From Octopus sinensis (Eukaryota), in assembly GCF_006345805.1 (NCBI RefSeq), contig NC_043006.1:59768001-59832000 (forward strand): DNA of 64,000 nucleotides. Direction: 5' to 3'. Shown here in pieces: positions 25,801 through 37,422 of this stretch (position 1 is the first letter of the stretch; each line of letters starts with the position of its first letter). The notes under the pieces were generated by a model. That model was given only the letters and a program-made list of their open reading frames with translations, did not search any database and was not told the DNA's origin. A program made the position numbers and the translations under genes.

Positions 25801-28800
25801 TGCTATTCACAATGTCCTTTCTAATGTCTGCAATGATCTTACATTGTTCAGTACAGTGAACTTGCAACGATTGCTATCAGTTTGTCTGGAATACTAGAGT
25901 GCTTAAGCACCATTTCTATGAGCTTCTCTTATACTGTTCCATAAACATAGCAGCCAAAATCAAGTAAAATGACAGTCAAATGAAGCTAAGGTCAACTTTG
26001 CAATTTCATCTTTCATGAGTCAATAGAGTAAAGTATCAGTCATGTACTAGGGTCAATCTATATAGGCTCCAGTACTTGACTAAACTACAATACAGAATTG
26101 TAAAAGAAGAAAACAGACTAAACTACAATACAGAATTGTAAAAGAAGAAAACTTTCACTTTAATTAGTGGACTTTTCATAACTGAAACATTCTGGAATTC
26201 CACCCACCTGGACTGCCATATAATCAGACTTATTCTTCCTACAAACAGTTATACAAGGTACATTCAAAAAGTATCCAACTTTATTTTTTTTCCTGCCAAA
26301 ACTAATGCCACACAAGCAAAATCCTTTGGGTGGGAAGTGATGCTACCCTTCTTATTTCTGTACTGCCCATAAGGGGCTAAGCACAGAGGGGACAAACAAG
26401 GAGAGACAAAGGGATTAAGTTGATTACATTGACCCCAGTGTGTAACTGGTACTTCATTTATTGACCCCGAAAGGATGAAAGGTAAAGTCGACCTCGGCGG
26501 AATTTGAACTCAGAACGTAATGGCAGACGAAATACCGCTAAGCATTTCGCCCGGCGTGCTAACGTTTCTGCCAGCTCGCCGCTACCCTTTTTGCACATGC
26601 ATGAACATTTCTGTGCTGGCAAGCTGCATCAGTTCCCAGCTGTTATGCCTAGAGTACAGACATGGAGTGTACATTCGTCAGCTTTTCGTTTTCACTGAAC
26701 ACATCGAGCACAGATATTGCATGAAGTTTTACTAAAAGCTTGGCGATACTCAAGCTCAAACCATTCAGAACAATCAGCAGGCCTTTGGCAATGATGCCAT
26801 GGGCAAAATTCAGGTCAAGGAGTGGTACAGCTGCCTTAAACATAGCCATACCTCAATGTTAGAGGGGGGGGGTAATATCAATCTCAACAAATGACAAATC
26901 AAATATCAAGTACTAACACAAAAGAAAAAAAAAGAATAAAAACCAATGTGAACATATATGTGGTCATTCAACATGCTAAAAATAACAGTCAAATCTCCCT
27001 AAAATTATACTCTGCTATTTTGAAAATAGAACACAAGATCTGAAAATAAGGCTTGATGGTCATGATCAGATGACCAGACTACCCTTCATCATAGGTCTTC
27101 TCATTCAGAGCTCCCTTAGAGTATAAAGAACAAGTAATCAAACTACAGGTAAAAAAAAAATAAATAAAAAAACAGACTCTGAGGGAATTAATGTTGGTCT
27201 GCATTAGCAAACATTAGTTTGGATAAGTTTGTATGGCATGGGAAAAAATGAAATCTAATCTTTTAGGCTTTGTTTACTAATCTAAGAAATAGTATTGGCT
27301 ACAACTGCTTGCTACATGTAATAACATAAGCAAAACAAATCAATGAGCACAAGCTGACCAAATAAAACCATCATAGGACTAAGGTGCGGAAATTTAAGAA
27401 TTTGGAAAATAAAAAATAAAAACACAAGTCCATTCAGTGTCAGATCTGCATCTGCAAAAACCTCACATAATGAGGCTATGGTATTTTGAAATCCTAACTA
27501 GTAGAGTTTTACATCCATTTCTATGTTAAAAACATTTGTAGTAATACCATTTTGGAAATCTCCAGCACGCATGCGCAGGCTTGGAGTCTTCCGGGAGGCC
27601 TGCCGGAAGTTCCCTCATGTGCATGCGCAGAAAACTAGCAGCAGCAAAATTCTCTGGTATCACCCTCTTGGACGCCAGCAGCTGAACAAGACAGACGTGT
27701 CTGCATCAGCTCTCTCAAGCTGCTACCTCGTGGCGCTTCTCCGCTACGCTTGAACGAGCAGGATTAACTCACTCCACTTGACTACCGCCGACAGGCTCCT
27801 AGGTTGCCGATTCGTCCAGAGGGCGGAAATGTTTATATTGCGAATCAAGAAATAAATATTTATACTGTTGAAGTTAATCGGAAGTCTTGACTGTTTCTTC
27901 GATTAATATTTAATGTAAAGGATGCGAGTTGCACCCATCCAGTGCGGGAATCTCTCATCCTGTTACACATTCTTTCAATCAAAAGACATCCAACTATGTT
28001 GCTACTCTTTTGACTGCATGTCAACCTGATCAGTTAGGTCTACGATCGAAACCATTATTTCAGCAGTAACCACCCTGTATTAGATATATTGTTACATATC
28101 ACTGTAGCGACCAGGCTACTGTTATATACCACTTGTCACAGTGTGCTTTGTCACAATGTTGTAGCTTTCGAATGATGCCACCCCACTGGCAAGGCGGGTA
28201 GGCCAACATTACCCCTGAACAGAAAGCTAGTGCATCACAGGGTTACTTATTTACAATTGAGTAGACTGGAGCAATGTGAAATTAAATGTTTGGTTCAAGA
28301 ACACCATGCACCATCAGCCTGGGAACTGAAACCATAATTTTGCAATTGTGAGTGCAACACCCTAAACCACTAGGCCATGCACCTTATATTGTTCAATGTG
28401 ATCCTTTTTATTTTAGTTGATAGTGTGACGTTTGAGAAAGACTTAGCTACTATTTCTTGCAGGTTGAATGAACAAGGCTTCCTCATTGGTTTTCAAAGTA
28501 AGTCTTCTGACAGGTCCTGAACCATGTATTAATTGCCTGCCAAATGACAGTATTAACGATTACACTAAAGTGATGATTGTGTTCATCTGTGTAGAATAGA
28601 AGGAACCCTTTTGTTACCATTATTTTTTTTTCTAAATACACCGCCTTTGTTTCACTTAACTTTGAAAATCACAAAGGATTTGGTAAAATTACTTTGTCAT
28701 CATTAACCCTTTAAGATCAGGTGTGGCTTATTGACACAACATACTTTCTTCCACAGAGGATGGGTGTGACTTATTGACACACTGCTAAATTGTGAAGAAA

Positions 28801-31800
28801 ACCAGTGTATATAAGTCACATTTGCATTATAAGATATTTGATTATCATCTTGTATTTTTTTAACCCTTTTTTTGCTATTTATACTCAGCCTTAAAGAATT
28901 AAGCTGATGTGTGGAGCAAATTAAAATTAAATTCTGATGGGAGATTTCAATTTAGATTACTTTAAAACAAAATTTCTATCATAAAAGGCAGGGCAATCTC
29001 AGGCAGGTTGGTATATAAAGAAAAGGCGAGCTGGCAGAAACGTTAGCACGCCGGGCGAAATGCGTAGCTGTATTTCGTCTGCCGCTACGTTCTGAGTTCA
29101 AATTCCACCGAGGTCAACTTTGCCTTTCATCCTTTCGGGGTCGATTAAATAAGTACCAGTTACACACTGGGTCGATATAATCGACTTAATCCGTTTGTCT
29201 GTCCTTCTTTGTCCCCTCTGTGTTTAGCCCCTTGTGGGTAGTAAAGAAATAGGTTGGTATATAAAGAAAAGGGGTCAAACTAAAGGAATGACAATAATCA
29301 TTGGTTACAGAGAGCACAATCCGAACTGATAGCTTACAGCTCAGAAACTGCTTGCTACCTTTACACATTCCTTAAATATTTGACAATGTAGCTAACAGAA
29401 ATTACCTTTCTACAATTCCATTTCCTCACACAGTGATGGTTGTATTAAGATAAAATATCTTGATAGCTATATAAAAGAAAAGTATTAAATTTCATATCCA
29501 CGCTCTCTTTGTTATGAATAAAGAATAAGGTATACCATCTAAATACCATTGGAGGTGTAACGGTAACAGAAGAAAACATTCATTCTTTCACTCTCGTATC
29601 AATTAAGATAATACAAAACAGACTAGGTTGGCAGAATCATTGAGAGAAACAAAATGCCTTGTAGGTTTAGTTATTGCAATTCACATTCAATGTTCAAATT
29701 CCACTGAGGTCAACTCTGCCTTTTATTCTTCATGTATGTGGCAAGGGAAGAGGAGGGGTGTTCACTAAAATAAAGTATCTATCAAAAGACCATTTTACGT
29801 ACATAGAAAAGTACAATTGCCAAACCATCACACTGTAAAACATGGGCTTGGTTTTGTAAATCTTAAAACTGCAAATTTACATACAAACTCTAGATGGTAT
29901 ATTATGTAAGGAACTTCAGATAATCTCTTCTCATAAGACGGGAGCAATCACTCTACAAAATGAAGACTGGTGCGGCTCAGAAGTCTCCTTCTACTGATTC
30001 CCATGATATATACATAAAACAAAGGATTACCCAGTCAAGTACTAGGATCAACTTATAGTTAACATGCAGTTTAATCTCCTAAAAAAAAAGTGAAAGTAAA
30101 TTGCCACTAATATCCGAAGACAATTCTTCACAGCCTAGAGAAGCATCAAGCTTATACGAGAAATTGTCTAATAAGTATTGAGTTTGGATGTTAACAAAGA
30201 ATGTAAGACAAGTCACAGTTTCTCACACGGCCTATAGACTTAGAGAGTTCATGCTTAATGCTACAGCAGGCCTAAACAAAAAGTGTAATAATAATAATGC
30301 ACATATTCAAATGCACAACTGCATATGAATATACTACTACAGATGTACTGATAGGTACAAGACTGACTCACAAGCGTAAATGCACATAACTATACAGGAG
30401 TCACGCACTCACTCAGTTACACATTTAGCTAAACTCATTTGACTCATGGACATACATGTATCCTCATCAGATCTTTCCTGGTATTTTTACCATTATACTC
30501 TAGCCAAACATTTAACCTCAGTTCTGATTTCTCTTCCAGTGTTTACCTTGGATTGTAGGGCAACCTGCTGTGCTTGAGGAGACCTATTGAGTCAAGTATA
30601 TCAACATCAAAATAAAAATCAAATGGAAAATAATAGTTGTGATACCCATGCCGGTGGCACTACAACAGCATGATTCTCTCTCATACACTGTCTTGCAACA
30701 CGAAATACCACAAGCCTTTGGTCCACACGGCACAGAACATTGGCAAATTTTTTCTTATCTGCTTCCCCTCTCGCTAAATAAACCTGTCTCCTAGCTCCCC
30801 TTCAAGCAGTCTGATACAATTCCCTGCTACCACCATTCTTCCAGTCCTTCCAAGCCGGTTTCTTTTCTCTAATAGCCCTGCCAACAACATTGTTCCACCA
30901 CCATGTTATTTTGGGTCGAGAGGGATCTTTGCACCATCCACAGATCTGGTCAGTGGCCCTCAGCAGGTTGTCCCGAAGAAACCTCCAGTTGTCTTCTACA
31001 TCCTGTGATATGTATATGTGTGTGTGTGTGTGTGTGTGAGTGTGTATGTGTGTGAGTGTGTATTAATTTAAATAAGTTGGGAAAACAAATTTCCAAATCA
31101 ATCAGGTAAAACTCTTCAGTATTATATGCATGTACATATCGTACCTTGGGGTAGATGCATATCATTTATTCATTCCAATTATGAAGGTTTACAAGAAGGA
31201 CTTCAGTTTGAACTATTTTCATGATGTTTCATATTTAGATACTTTTATTAAATTCATTCAGTTGTTAAACATAAATAAATCTTAGAATTAAATGGTTTTG
31301 ATTTACTGTCAGGTGACTTTCGGCTAACCCTATATATATATATATATATACATACATACACACACACTTGAATATGCATATACAGATATTGAAAAATGTT
31401 AAAACTTTCAGTGCTGGCTTTCTTTAGAAAATGCATAGAAATTTGAAGGTGGGCTGAAAACTTCGTAGGCTGACTATGAAACAGTGATGCTAGAGCTGTG
31501 AAATCTTGCATGCATTAATTTCAACTCTTCTTATTAAGAACTGCATTGCTTCATTGCAGGGAAACTGACATCTGGCTATTCAAAGACTTCAAAAGTAACT
31601 AATAGTGACTTCTCTTGAAAATGGACAAAATTTGGCATCATGCTGTTATCAAGTAGCTGCAGAAAAAGGGTTTAGTCTCCAAAGATATTCATGGTGACAT
31701 CATTGCTACATTAAGGAATGACACTCCAACTTTGTCAACAGTGCAAAAGTGGATAATTGAATTTAGAAAGGAAAGAGTCTCGAAGATGATGCAAGGTCTG

Positions 31801-34800
31801 GACGTCATGCAGCTTCCACCACCAAAGAAAACATTGATCATGTTCACCACATGGTGATGGATGACAGGTGATTAAGTATAAATCAAATAGCCAATGCCAT
31901 TAGAATATTCTGTGAGAGAGTTGAAAATACTCTGCAAAATCAATCTGGGCATGACAAAGCTTTCTGCTCAGTGGGTGGCCATGTCTTTCAACACCTGATC
32001 AAAAGTGCACCAGGTTGATCACATCACAGGAAAATCTGACATTGTCAGGCAGATCCAGCTGGTTTCCTTGAATGTTTCCCAACCCAGAATGAGTGATGGG
32101 TTCATCATTTGAGCCAAAGACAAAGAGACAATCCATGCAGCAGAAACACCCCTCCTCACCTGCTCCAAAGAAGACCAAGCTTGTTTTATCTGCAGGGAAG
32201 GTGATGACGTCAGTTTTCTGGGGATGCAAAAGACATTGTGTTTACTATCTTTTGAAGGGCCTCACCATCAATGGAGAATACCATGCCAACTTGTCGGGGC
32301 AGTTATGAAAGGTTATCAAGACAAAACACCCAGGAAAACTGATGGAAGGTGCCTTGTTTCATCAGGACAATGCTTCAGCACACAAGTCCTTGGTTTCAAT
32401 GGCTATGTGCTTGAACTGGTTGATTACCCTGACCCCATCTGACTATCATCTGTCCCCCAACATGAAAAAGCACTTGGCTAGAAGCAGTATCACAGCATCA
32501 TGTCTGCTGCTGATGACTTTTTTGACCAACAGGATGAAAGATTCGTTCCCAGTGGGATCCAAGCACTGCAACACCAATAGAAGTATGTGGACCACAAGGG
32601 GAACTATGTTAAAAGTAAAGAAAGACTTCCTAGTCAAAACTAAACCTCATTTGAGTCACATTCATTGAGAGTATGTTGGTCAACCTATGAATTTTTTAGC
32701 CAACCCTCATAACTTTAAAAAGTGATTGAAATTAATATACAATGTGCCCAATGTTATGTCAATCTAAGGCAGTCATTTTTACAAAGTGAAAAACATTTAA
32801 AAATTATTTTTTTTGTCAGACTAATTCTCAGCGATCTAAGTGTATAAATTTTCATCAGCATTTTCTTTGATCTTTTACAGCTTTTAGATTATAATGGTTG
32901 TGAGGTTGGCAGCGGGTGGAGGAACTTCCAAAATGATAGATTTTCATGGATTTCAAAAATTTTTTAAATAATAAAAACAAAGTAGGTGCTTCCCCCATCG
33001 TTTTTAAGTGTGTACGGCAAAAAAAAATTTGAAAAATCCGTCCTGAGGGTCCGAGGGAGGGGGTAAAAAAATCATAGATTTTCAGAATTTTTTCACAAAA
33101 AGCCTAGCCCACATCATTTTGAAGAGCATAGAGAGAGAGAGAAAAAAAAAGATTGAAAAATCCTCGTCAAAACAGAGAAAATGCAACTTATGTGGGCGAC
33201 CTATTCCAGACCTCCGCCAAGTTCATTTTCCAATAAAGTTCTAGATTCGATTTCATAACGTATTAGTTTGATTTTGTTAAAATGTCTTGTAAAAGAGCCT
33301 CAAATAAAAAACGAATCTTATCACAGACCGTCATATAATAATGGTTGAGGACTACGTTACCACCACATTATTTTCTTTATTTACACACACACACAAACTC
33401 GCGCGCGCACACTAGAGGCATTCCTATATAATAGAGTCAGAAATAGTCTAGTTCGCCAAAAATAGCAATTTCTTTGGCTAAAGAAAAAAAATTATGTCCT
33501 CCGATTTTTCGGAGGGCATGTCTCTGATTTCTCAATCCCCACCACCCCGCAAAAAAAAAAAAAATGTTTTAAATATCTAAGAATACGATTCTTAACACGA
33601 ATTATAAGAAAATCAATAACAAAAATTAAAACATGCACATCTGAAGAAGCTACAACTTCTGACGCGGTTGATATGTTTTGTAAAGCTGAAAACTATCTCC
33701 AAAATTTTATTCAAAAAAACCATGAGGGAACGAAATCGAGGGAGCACCAAACTATAGTTATGCTTGATATAACATTATATAACAGCTACGGTTGCACTAC
33801 ACTTAAAGTTATATAAACAGAAATGGACTTGAACTTTTAGTTATGTAATCAATAGCACGTGCAGTACTAAGTAAATAGCGCAGTTGTTCAAAATGTCTAA
33901 CACTACATGCAAGAACATTATAATTATTATTATATTGTAGTCGTTATGTCAGCCCTTCGAGTAAATGCATGGCAAAAAGGCGTCCCAGCTGTTGTCTTAG
34001 GCGTTCCTTTCATCTACTACATATTGCAACCAACCCTGCTTCATATCACAAATAAAAAAAAAAATATCTGATTAACTGAAAATATTGATATTTTAGATTT
34101 GTGTCATGTCGACAGAAACCGATATTAAACGTTTATGATGTAGTTTTTTTTTAGCTACTCTGCTGAACGTTCCAGGTTCAAATTTCGCCCAGGTTATTAC
34201 TTCGATTAGTATTTATTTTATCGACTCCCTTCGAGGTTGGTAAAGTAATCAGCTGGGTACCGGAATCGATGTAAGAGACTTACCCTGCCTTAAAGATTAT
34301 TAGCACTGTGCCAAAAGTTAGAAAGTATTATTATTATTAATGCAGCGAGCTAGTAGAACTTGGTGCATCAGACAAAATGCATGGTGGCATTTCTTCTGGC
34401 TGCACGTTTTGAGTTCCAATGCCGCTGAGGTTAAAACTTCGCCTTTCATCCTTTCGGAGTCGATAAAATAAGTACCGGTCAAATAGAGGGATCGATGCAA
34501 TCGCAAAACCCTTCCTCTTAAAATTGCTGGCCTTATGTCAAAATTTGAAACTAGTAATATTATACACTATAGAAAGTCTAATTTTAACATTAGAGGTTAA
34601 ATTCACTATGTCTTAGCGGTAAATTTTACCCTTTACCTACCCTTGTAAGCGAAGGTAAAGAATACACACACCCAGTTGTAAGGGTTAGGGTTTAATGTTA
34701 TATAATTAGACAGAAAACGGGTGGTGTGCGTATTCTTTGCCTCTGTTTGTCCTGTGTTGTCCCATTATGTATAAGATCGTCCTGATCATAATAAAGATTT

Positions 34801-35526
34801 CATTCTTTACCTCTGTTCATCTATGTATTTCTTTCACAGAGTACACAGTAAATTAAATACAGGTAATATATATTACTCCAAACTAATGTCACTGTATCAA
34901 CCCCCAAATAAAAAACGAAAACTAACGTCGGCAATATTTGAATTTCGGAGCTTTTTTTTCTTTTTTAATGGGTGAACCGACGAGGGACCATTTACGTAGT
35001 CAATTGCTCGACCTGCTAGACATCACAGCTAAATTCTCTCAAATTACACGTCTAGTCTTAGAACCATAAGTTTGCATAAAAAGGACCGACGCGATATCGA
35101 CCTTATTGTTGAACTTGTTTTAAGTATAGTTTATTTAAAATATGACAAGTGCATGTCATTGAAGGTAAATATAGACACATCATAACACGTGGTAAATTGT
35201 AATAAAGTTTCTACTTTAAAATATCTTAAGGTACAAAATAAATTGCTTAAAACATCGCAAAAGTGATCATGTTCAACGTCCCGCACATATATGTGTGTGT
35301 GTGTGTGTGTGTTGTGTGCGCGCCTGCATTTGTGTATATACGTATGTGTTTGCATGTGTGTGTTCCCACTTACCTGCTTGGCACATTTGGATTGCGACAA
35401 AGAAGAACTGCGATGAAATAACCAAGGACGTAAATGTAATACCGCCAAACGATGAGAAGATGGCAATTGAAGAGATCCAGACGAAGACAACGAAGTCCGC
35501 CTAAACACATTAATTAAAGAAGCCAT
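1712..35526 (-). CDS. PCCA: Propionyl-CoA carboxylase alpha chain, 5' part (9 exons, about 327 aa, biotin carboxylase domain); the gene continues beyond the left edge
   Basis: Nine GT-AG exons join in consistent phase and give [48 protein letters not shown] and [19 protein letters not shown], behind an N-terminal transit-like peptide. The [17 protein letters not shown] and DKNETKFDK contexts fit PCCA rather than MCCC1, PC or ACC. Confidence 0.95.
1841..2190 (+). mobile_element. tRNA-derived SINE (family A) with internal (TA/TG)n; copies at 1-170(+), 35955-36325(-), 61147-61566(-)
   Basis: Head GGAGTGGCTGTGTGGTAAG...GGTTCCGAGTTCAGTCCC, core GCACCTTGGGCAAGTGTCTTCTACTATAG, tail GGTGCTCCAGCATGGCC..CAAATGACTGAAAC..GTAAAAGAG. 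Found repeatedly in the window. Confidence 0.9.
3612..3992 (+). mobile_element. Non-autonomous Helitron
   Basis: A|TCTTTATATATAAAAG start, subterminal hairpin CCCGAGCAACGCCGGG (3965-3980), CTAG|T end, no TSD; internal tandem duplication of about 95 bp. Confidence 0.88.
5452..5554 (-). CDS. PCCA: PCCA exon 8 (103 nt)
   Basis: cattatag|(R)[34 protein letters not shown]|gtaaga; phase 2-0. Confidence 0.97.
9193..9271 (-). CDS. PCCA: PCCA exon 7 (79 nt)
   Basis: ataatag|(G)[25 protein letters not shown](R)|gtaaca; ATP-grasp motif, phase 1-2. Confidence 0.97.
9701..9869 (-). CDS. PCCA: PCCA exon 6 (169 nt)
   Basis: ccttttag|[57 protein letters not shown]|gtatgt; ends in phase 1. Confidence 0.97.
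10070..10710. mobile_element. Foldback structure: about 190-bp inverted arms enclosing (TA)n and a family D element
   Basis: 10082-10272 is the reverse complement of about 10495-10701 with scattered substitutions. Confidence 0.88.
11567..11855 (+). mobile_element. tRNA-derived SINE (family C); copies at about 21945-22235, 43472-43660, 48643-48830 and 57111-57421
   Basis: Head GTGGAGGCACAATGGCTTAGTGGTTAG...GGTTCGAATCCC with a shared body AAAACACCTAAGCTCC..CTCCGGCAG..ACTCTTTC.CCACAACTTTCTCTC. The 57111 copy has a 13-bp TSD ATATAATGGTCAT. Confidence 0.9.
14032..14085 (-). CDS. PCCA: PCCA exon 5 (18 aa)
   Basis: ttatttcag|[18 protein letters not shown]|gtatga. Confidence 0.97.
14959..19893. repeat. 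Tandem satellite of roughly 210 units in PCCA intron 4
   Basis: Main unit GAGAGAGATAGGTATAAGAAAAT (23 bp); 25-bp GAGAGAGAGATAAGGATAAGAAAAT units from 14959 to about 15290. Confidence 0.99.
19923..20036 (-). CDS. PCCA: PCCA exon 4 (38 aa)
   Basis: aaaag|[38 protein letters not shown]|gtaagt. Confidence 0.96.
21258..21648 (+). mobile_element. GC-rich 391-bp insertion resembling an RTE 5' UTR, with a 15-bp TSD
   Basis: AATATTTGTCATTAT at 21243-21257 and 21649-21663. The motif GCCGTCAGGAACTTTGGTTCCTGGTAGGGCCACCCAAGGC resembles recalled Expander/Rex3-type RTE 5' regions. Confidence 0.7.
22317..22433 (-). CDS. PCCA: PCCA exon 3 (39 aa)
   Basis: ttttacag|[39 protein letters not shown]|gtaaaa. Confidence 0.97.
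23980..24268 (-). mobile_element. APE-endonuclease fragment of a LINE between 18-bp direct repeats
   Basis: [39 protein letters not shown] resembles the LINE endonuclease motif RLTGEG.LT....TF..SG.....H..GVGF; AGAAAAGACAGTGTTCTT at 23962-23979 and 24269-24286. Confidence 0.6.
24626..24724 (-). CDS. PCCA: PCCA exon 2 (33 aa)
   Basis: tatttcag|[33 protein letters not shown]|gtgagt; phase 0-0. DKNET-KFDK parallels vertebrate DPNEK-TFDK. Confidence 0.85.
26250..26860 (+). mobile_element. 5' relic of a second mariner element, interrupted by a SINE
   Basis: Terminus TATACAAGGTACATTCAAAAAGTATCC. HTH-like [40 protein letters not shown] follows the SINE insertion. Confidence 0.75.
26351..26580 (-). 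mobile_element. tRNA-derived SINE (family B, probable Meta-type core) with TSD
   Basis: Head GGCGAGCTGGCAGAAACGTTAGC, B box GAGTTCAAATTCC, core CCTTTCATCCTTTCGGGGTC. GCTACCCTT duplicated at 26342-26350 and 26581-26589. Confidence 0.9.
27537..27967 (+). mobile_element. Solo LTR (Gypsy-like), 431 bp
   Basis: TGTAG...GTTACA termini, 4-bp TSD CATT (27533-27536 and 27968-27971), GC/CpG-rich against its flanks, AATAAA at 27851. Confidence 0.8.
29025..29250 (+). mobile_element. Family B SINE, young full-length copy; other copies at about 14305-14500(-), 39562-39738(-), 52248-52482(-), with many decayed copies at 6.6-9.1 kb
   Basis: Near-identical reverse complement of the 26351 copy; flanked by duplicated AGGTTGGTATATAAAGAAAAGG. 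Confidence 0.92.
30662..30950 (-). mobile_element. RTE LINE fragment (EN-RT linker)
   Basis: [48 protein letters not shown] matches the RTE WWWNEEV..AIKEKK motif. Confidence 0.8.
31442..32711 (+). mobile_element. Degenerate full-length mariner (Tc1/mariner) element, about 1.27 kb
   Basis: TIRs TTTGAAGGTGGGCTGAAAACTTCGTAGG and CCTATGAATTTTTTAGCCAACCCTCATA. Broken transposase: [58 protein letters not shown]; many stops and frameshifts. Confidence 0.93.
35374..35526 (-). CDS. PCCA: PCCA exon 1 (51 aa, mitochondrial presequence-like)
   Basis: [51 protein letters not shown] is Arg/Ser/Leu-rich with no acidic residues. Donor CAG|GTAAGT at 35373, phase 0. Confidence 0.85.
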
Positions 35527-35801
35527 GCTCAGGCCAAGCTTTAATTCTTCTCTCACAGCAACTCACACCGGTTGACGTTAAGTCGTAAATATTCAGAGAG
35601 AAAGTATTATATATTAAAACAGTATACTTTCCAACTAATATATTTTTCTATCGGAAAAAGCAGAGCGCTTCGATTATCTCTACTATTTATGATTTACTCA
35701 TTAATAAAGATTTCATGCTGTTTATAAATAATTTCTAGCGCTTGCACTAACATTTAACGTTCAACATCCAGAATAAGTAATTCGCACGTTCGTGTACGGT
35801 T

Positions 35802-35883
35802 GTCGTCGTGGCCGAGTGGTTAAGGCGATGGACTAGAAATCCATTGGGGTCTCCCCGCATAGGTTCGAATCCTATCGGCGACG
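35802..35883 (+). tRNA. tRNA-Ser(AGA), 82 nt, intronless, with long variable arm
   Basis: Acceptor stem GTCGTCG/CGGCGAC, A box TGGCCGAGTGG, anticodon loop CT-AGA-AA (35835-35837), variable arm TGGGGTCTCCCCG, T arm ATAGG-TTCGAAT-CCTAT, discriminator G. T4 and T9 runs at 35892-35906 fit a Pol III terminator. Confidence 0.97.
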
Positions 35884-35897
35884 ATTAGGTATTTTGC

Positions 35898-35906
35898 TTT
35901 TTTTTT
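35898..35906 (+). terminator. Pol III T-run terminator of tRNA-Ser
   Basis: T9 run 15 nt downstream of the tRNA, preceded by T4 at 35892-35895. Confidence 0.8.
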
Positions 35907-36183
35907 CTTCTTTCTATGGGTGCAAAGGAATGTACTTTAAAACGGTGATTGATTTTCACACATTCTTTTATTCTTTTACTTGTTTCAGTCATTTAACTGC
36001 AGCCATGCTGGAGCACCGCCTTTAGTTGAATGAATCGACCCTAGGACTTATTATTTGTAAGCCTAGTACTTATTGTATTTCTCCCGCTTGCCGAACCGCT
36101 AAGTTACAGGGACGTAAACACACAAACATCGGTTATCCAAGTGATGGTGGGGAGACAAGCACAAACACAAAGACACACCGACG

Positions 36184-36229
<46 letters not shown>

Positions 36230-36989
36230 CGACGGGCTTCTTTCAGTTTCCGTCTACCAAATCTACTCACAAGGCTTTGGTCTGCTTGAGGCCATAGTAG
36301 AAGACACTTGCGGGACTGAACCCGGAACCATGTCTTTATCTCCACACTTTTTCTTTTGTTCCCTTCTTCCTTTTTCTGTCATTGGACTGCGGCCATACTG
36401 GGATACCACCTTGAAGGGTTTAGTTGACCAAATTCACCCCACTACTTGTTTTTTTTAAAGTCTGGTACTTATCCTAATAATCTCTTATGCTGAACCAGTA
36501 AATTACGGTGACGTAAACAAACCAACACCTATTGTCAAGAAGTGACGTCACACACACACACACACACACATATGTTCTTTATTCTTTTACTTGTTTCAGT
36601 CATTCTAACTGCGGCCATGCTGGAGCACCGCATTTTGTCGGATACTTGGGGTATAAACACAATGATGGGGGTACAAATGCATACATAAAACTGAGAATCT
36701 TTTGTTGTCTGTTGTCTTTCTGTCTGTATGCGTGCATCACTAAAATTCGAGAACTACCCAATGGATTTCATTCAAATTTTACACATGCTTTACTTAGAGT
36801 CTATGCAGTGTCATGGGCAAAAAAAAATGTTCAACTTCTTGCATAATGCGACCCTGGTGCAATCTCTTATCGCTTACACTATTTCAGTAATAAGTGTCAA
36901 AAGTGTAACAATAACATCTCTATTGTAATGTGACATAATACTTTCAGTTTAATACTTTCACGATTAATACTGAAACTATTAAAAGTGAA

Positions 36990-37127
36990 AATGTTATCTC
37001 ACATACATACATGCACACAAATATATATATATATATAAGCATATATATATGTGTGTATATACAGCTGCACATATATATATATATGTGTGTGTGTATGGAT
37101 GTATATATATACATCTATATATATATT

Positions 37128-37160
<33 letters not shown>

Positions 37161-37242
37161 GTCTATGTATGTATGCATATATATATGTGTGTACATATAT
37201 ATATGTATGTATGCATATATATATATGTGTGTGTGTGTGTAC

Positions 37243-37276
<34 letters not shown>

Positions 37277-37420
37277 GTATGTATATATGTATATATATAT
37301 AGATGTATACAGGTAAATATGTAGATTTATATGTATATATATATATATATGTATATATTTATGTATGTATATATATTTATGTATGTATACATACATATAT
37401 AATTATGTATATATACATAT
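36990..37420. repeat. Compound (TA)/(TG)/(CA) microsatellite
   Basis: Direct inspection; it is the source of the overlapping YIYI/VCVC ORFs. Confidence 0.98.
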
Positions 37421-37422
37421 TT

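Noticed and set aside
32093-32668. Functional or domesticated mariner transposase
   Set aside because: Multiple stops and frameshifts across the ORF.
33640-33685. Alternative PCCA exon 2 candidate
   Set aside because: In-frame TAG in phase 0 and a weak donor; 24626-24724 fits phase and homology.
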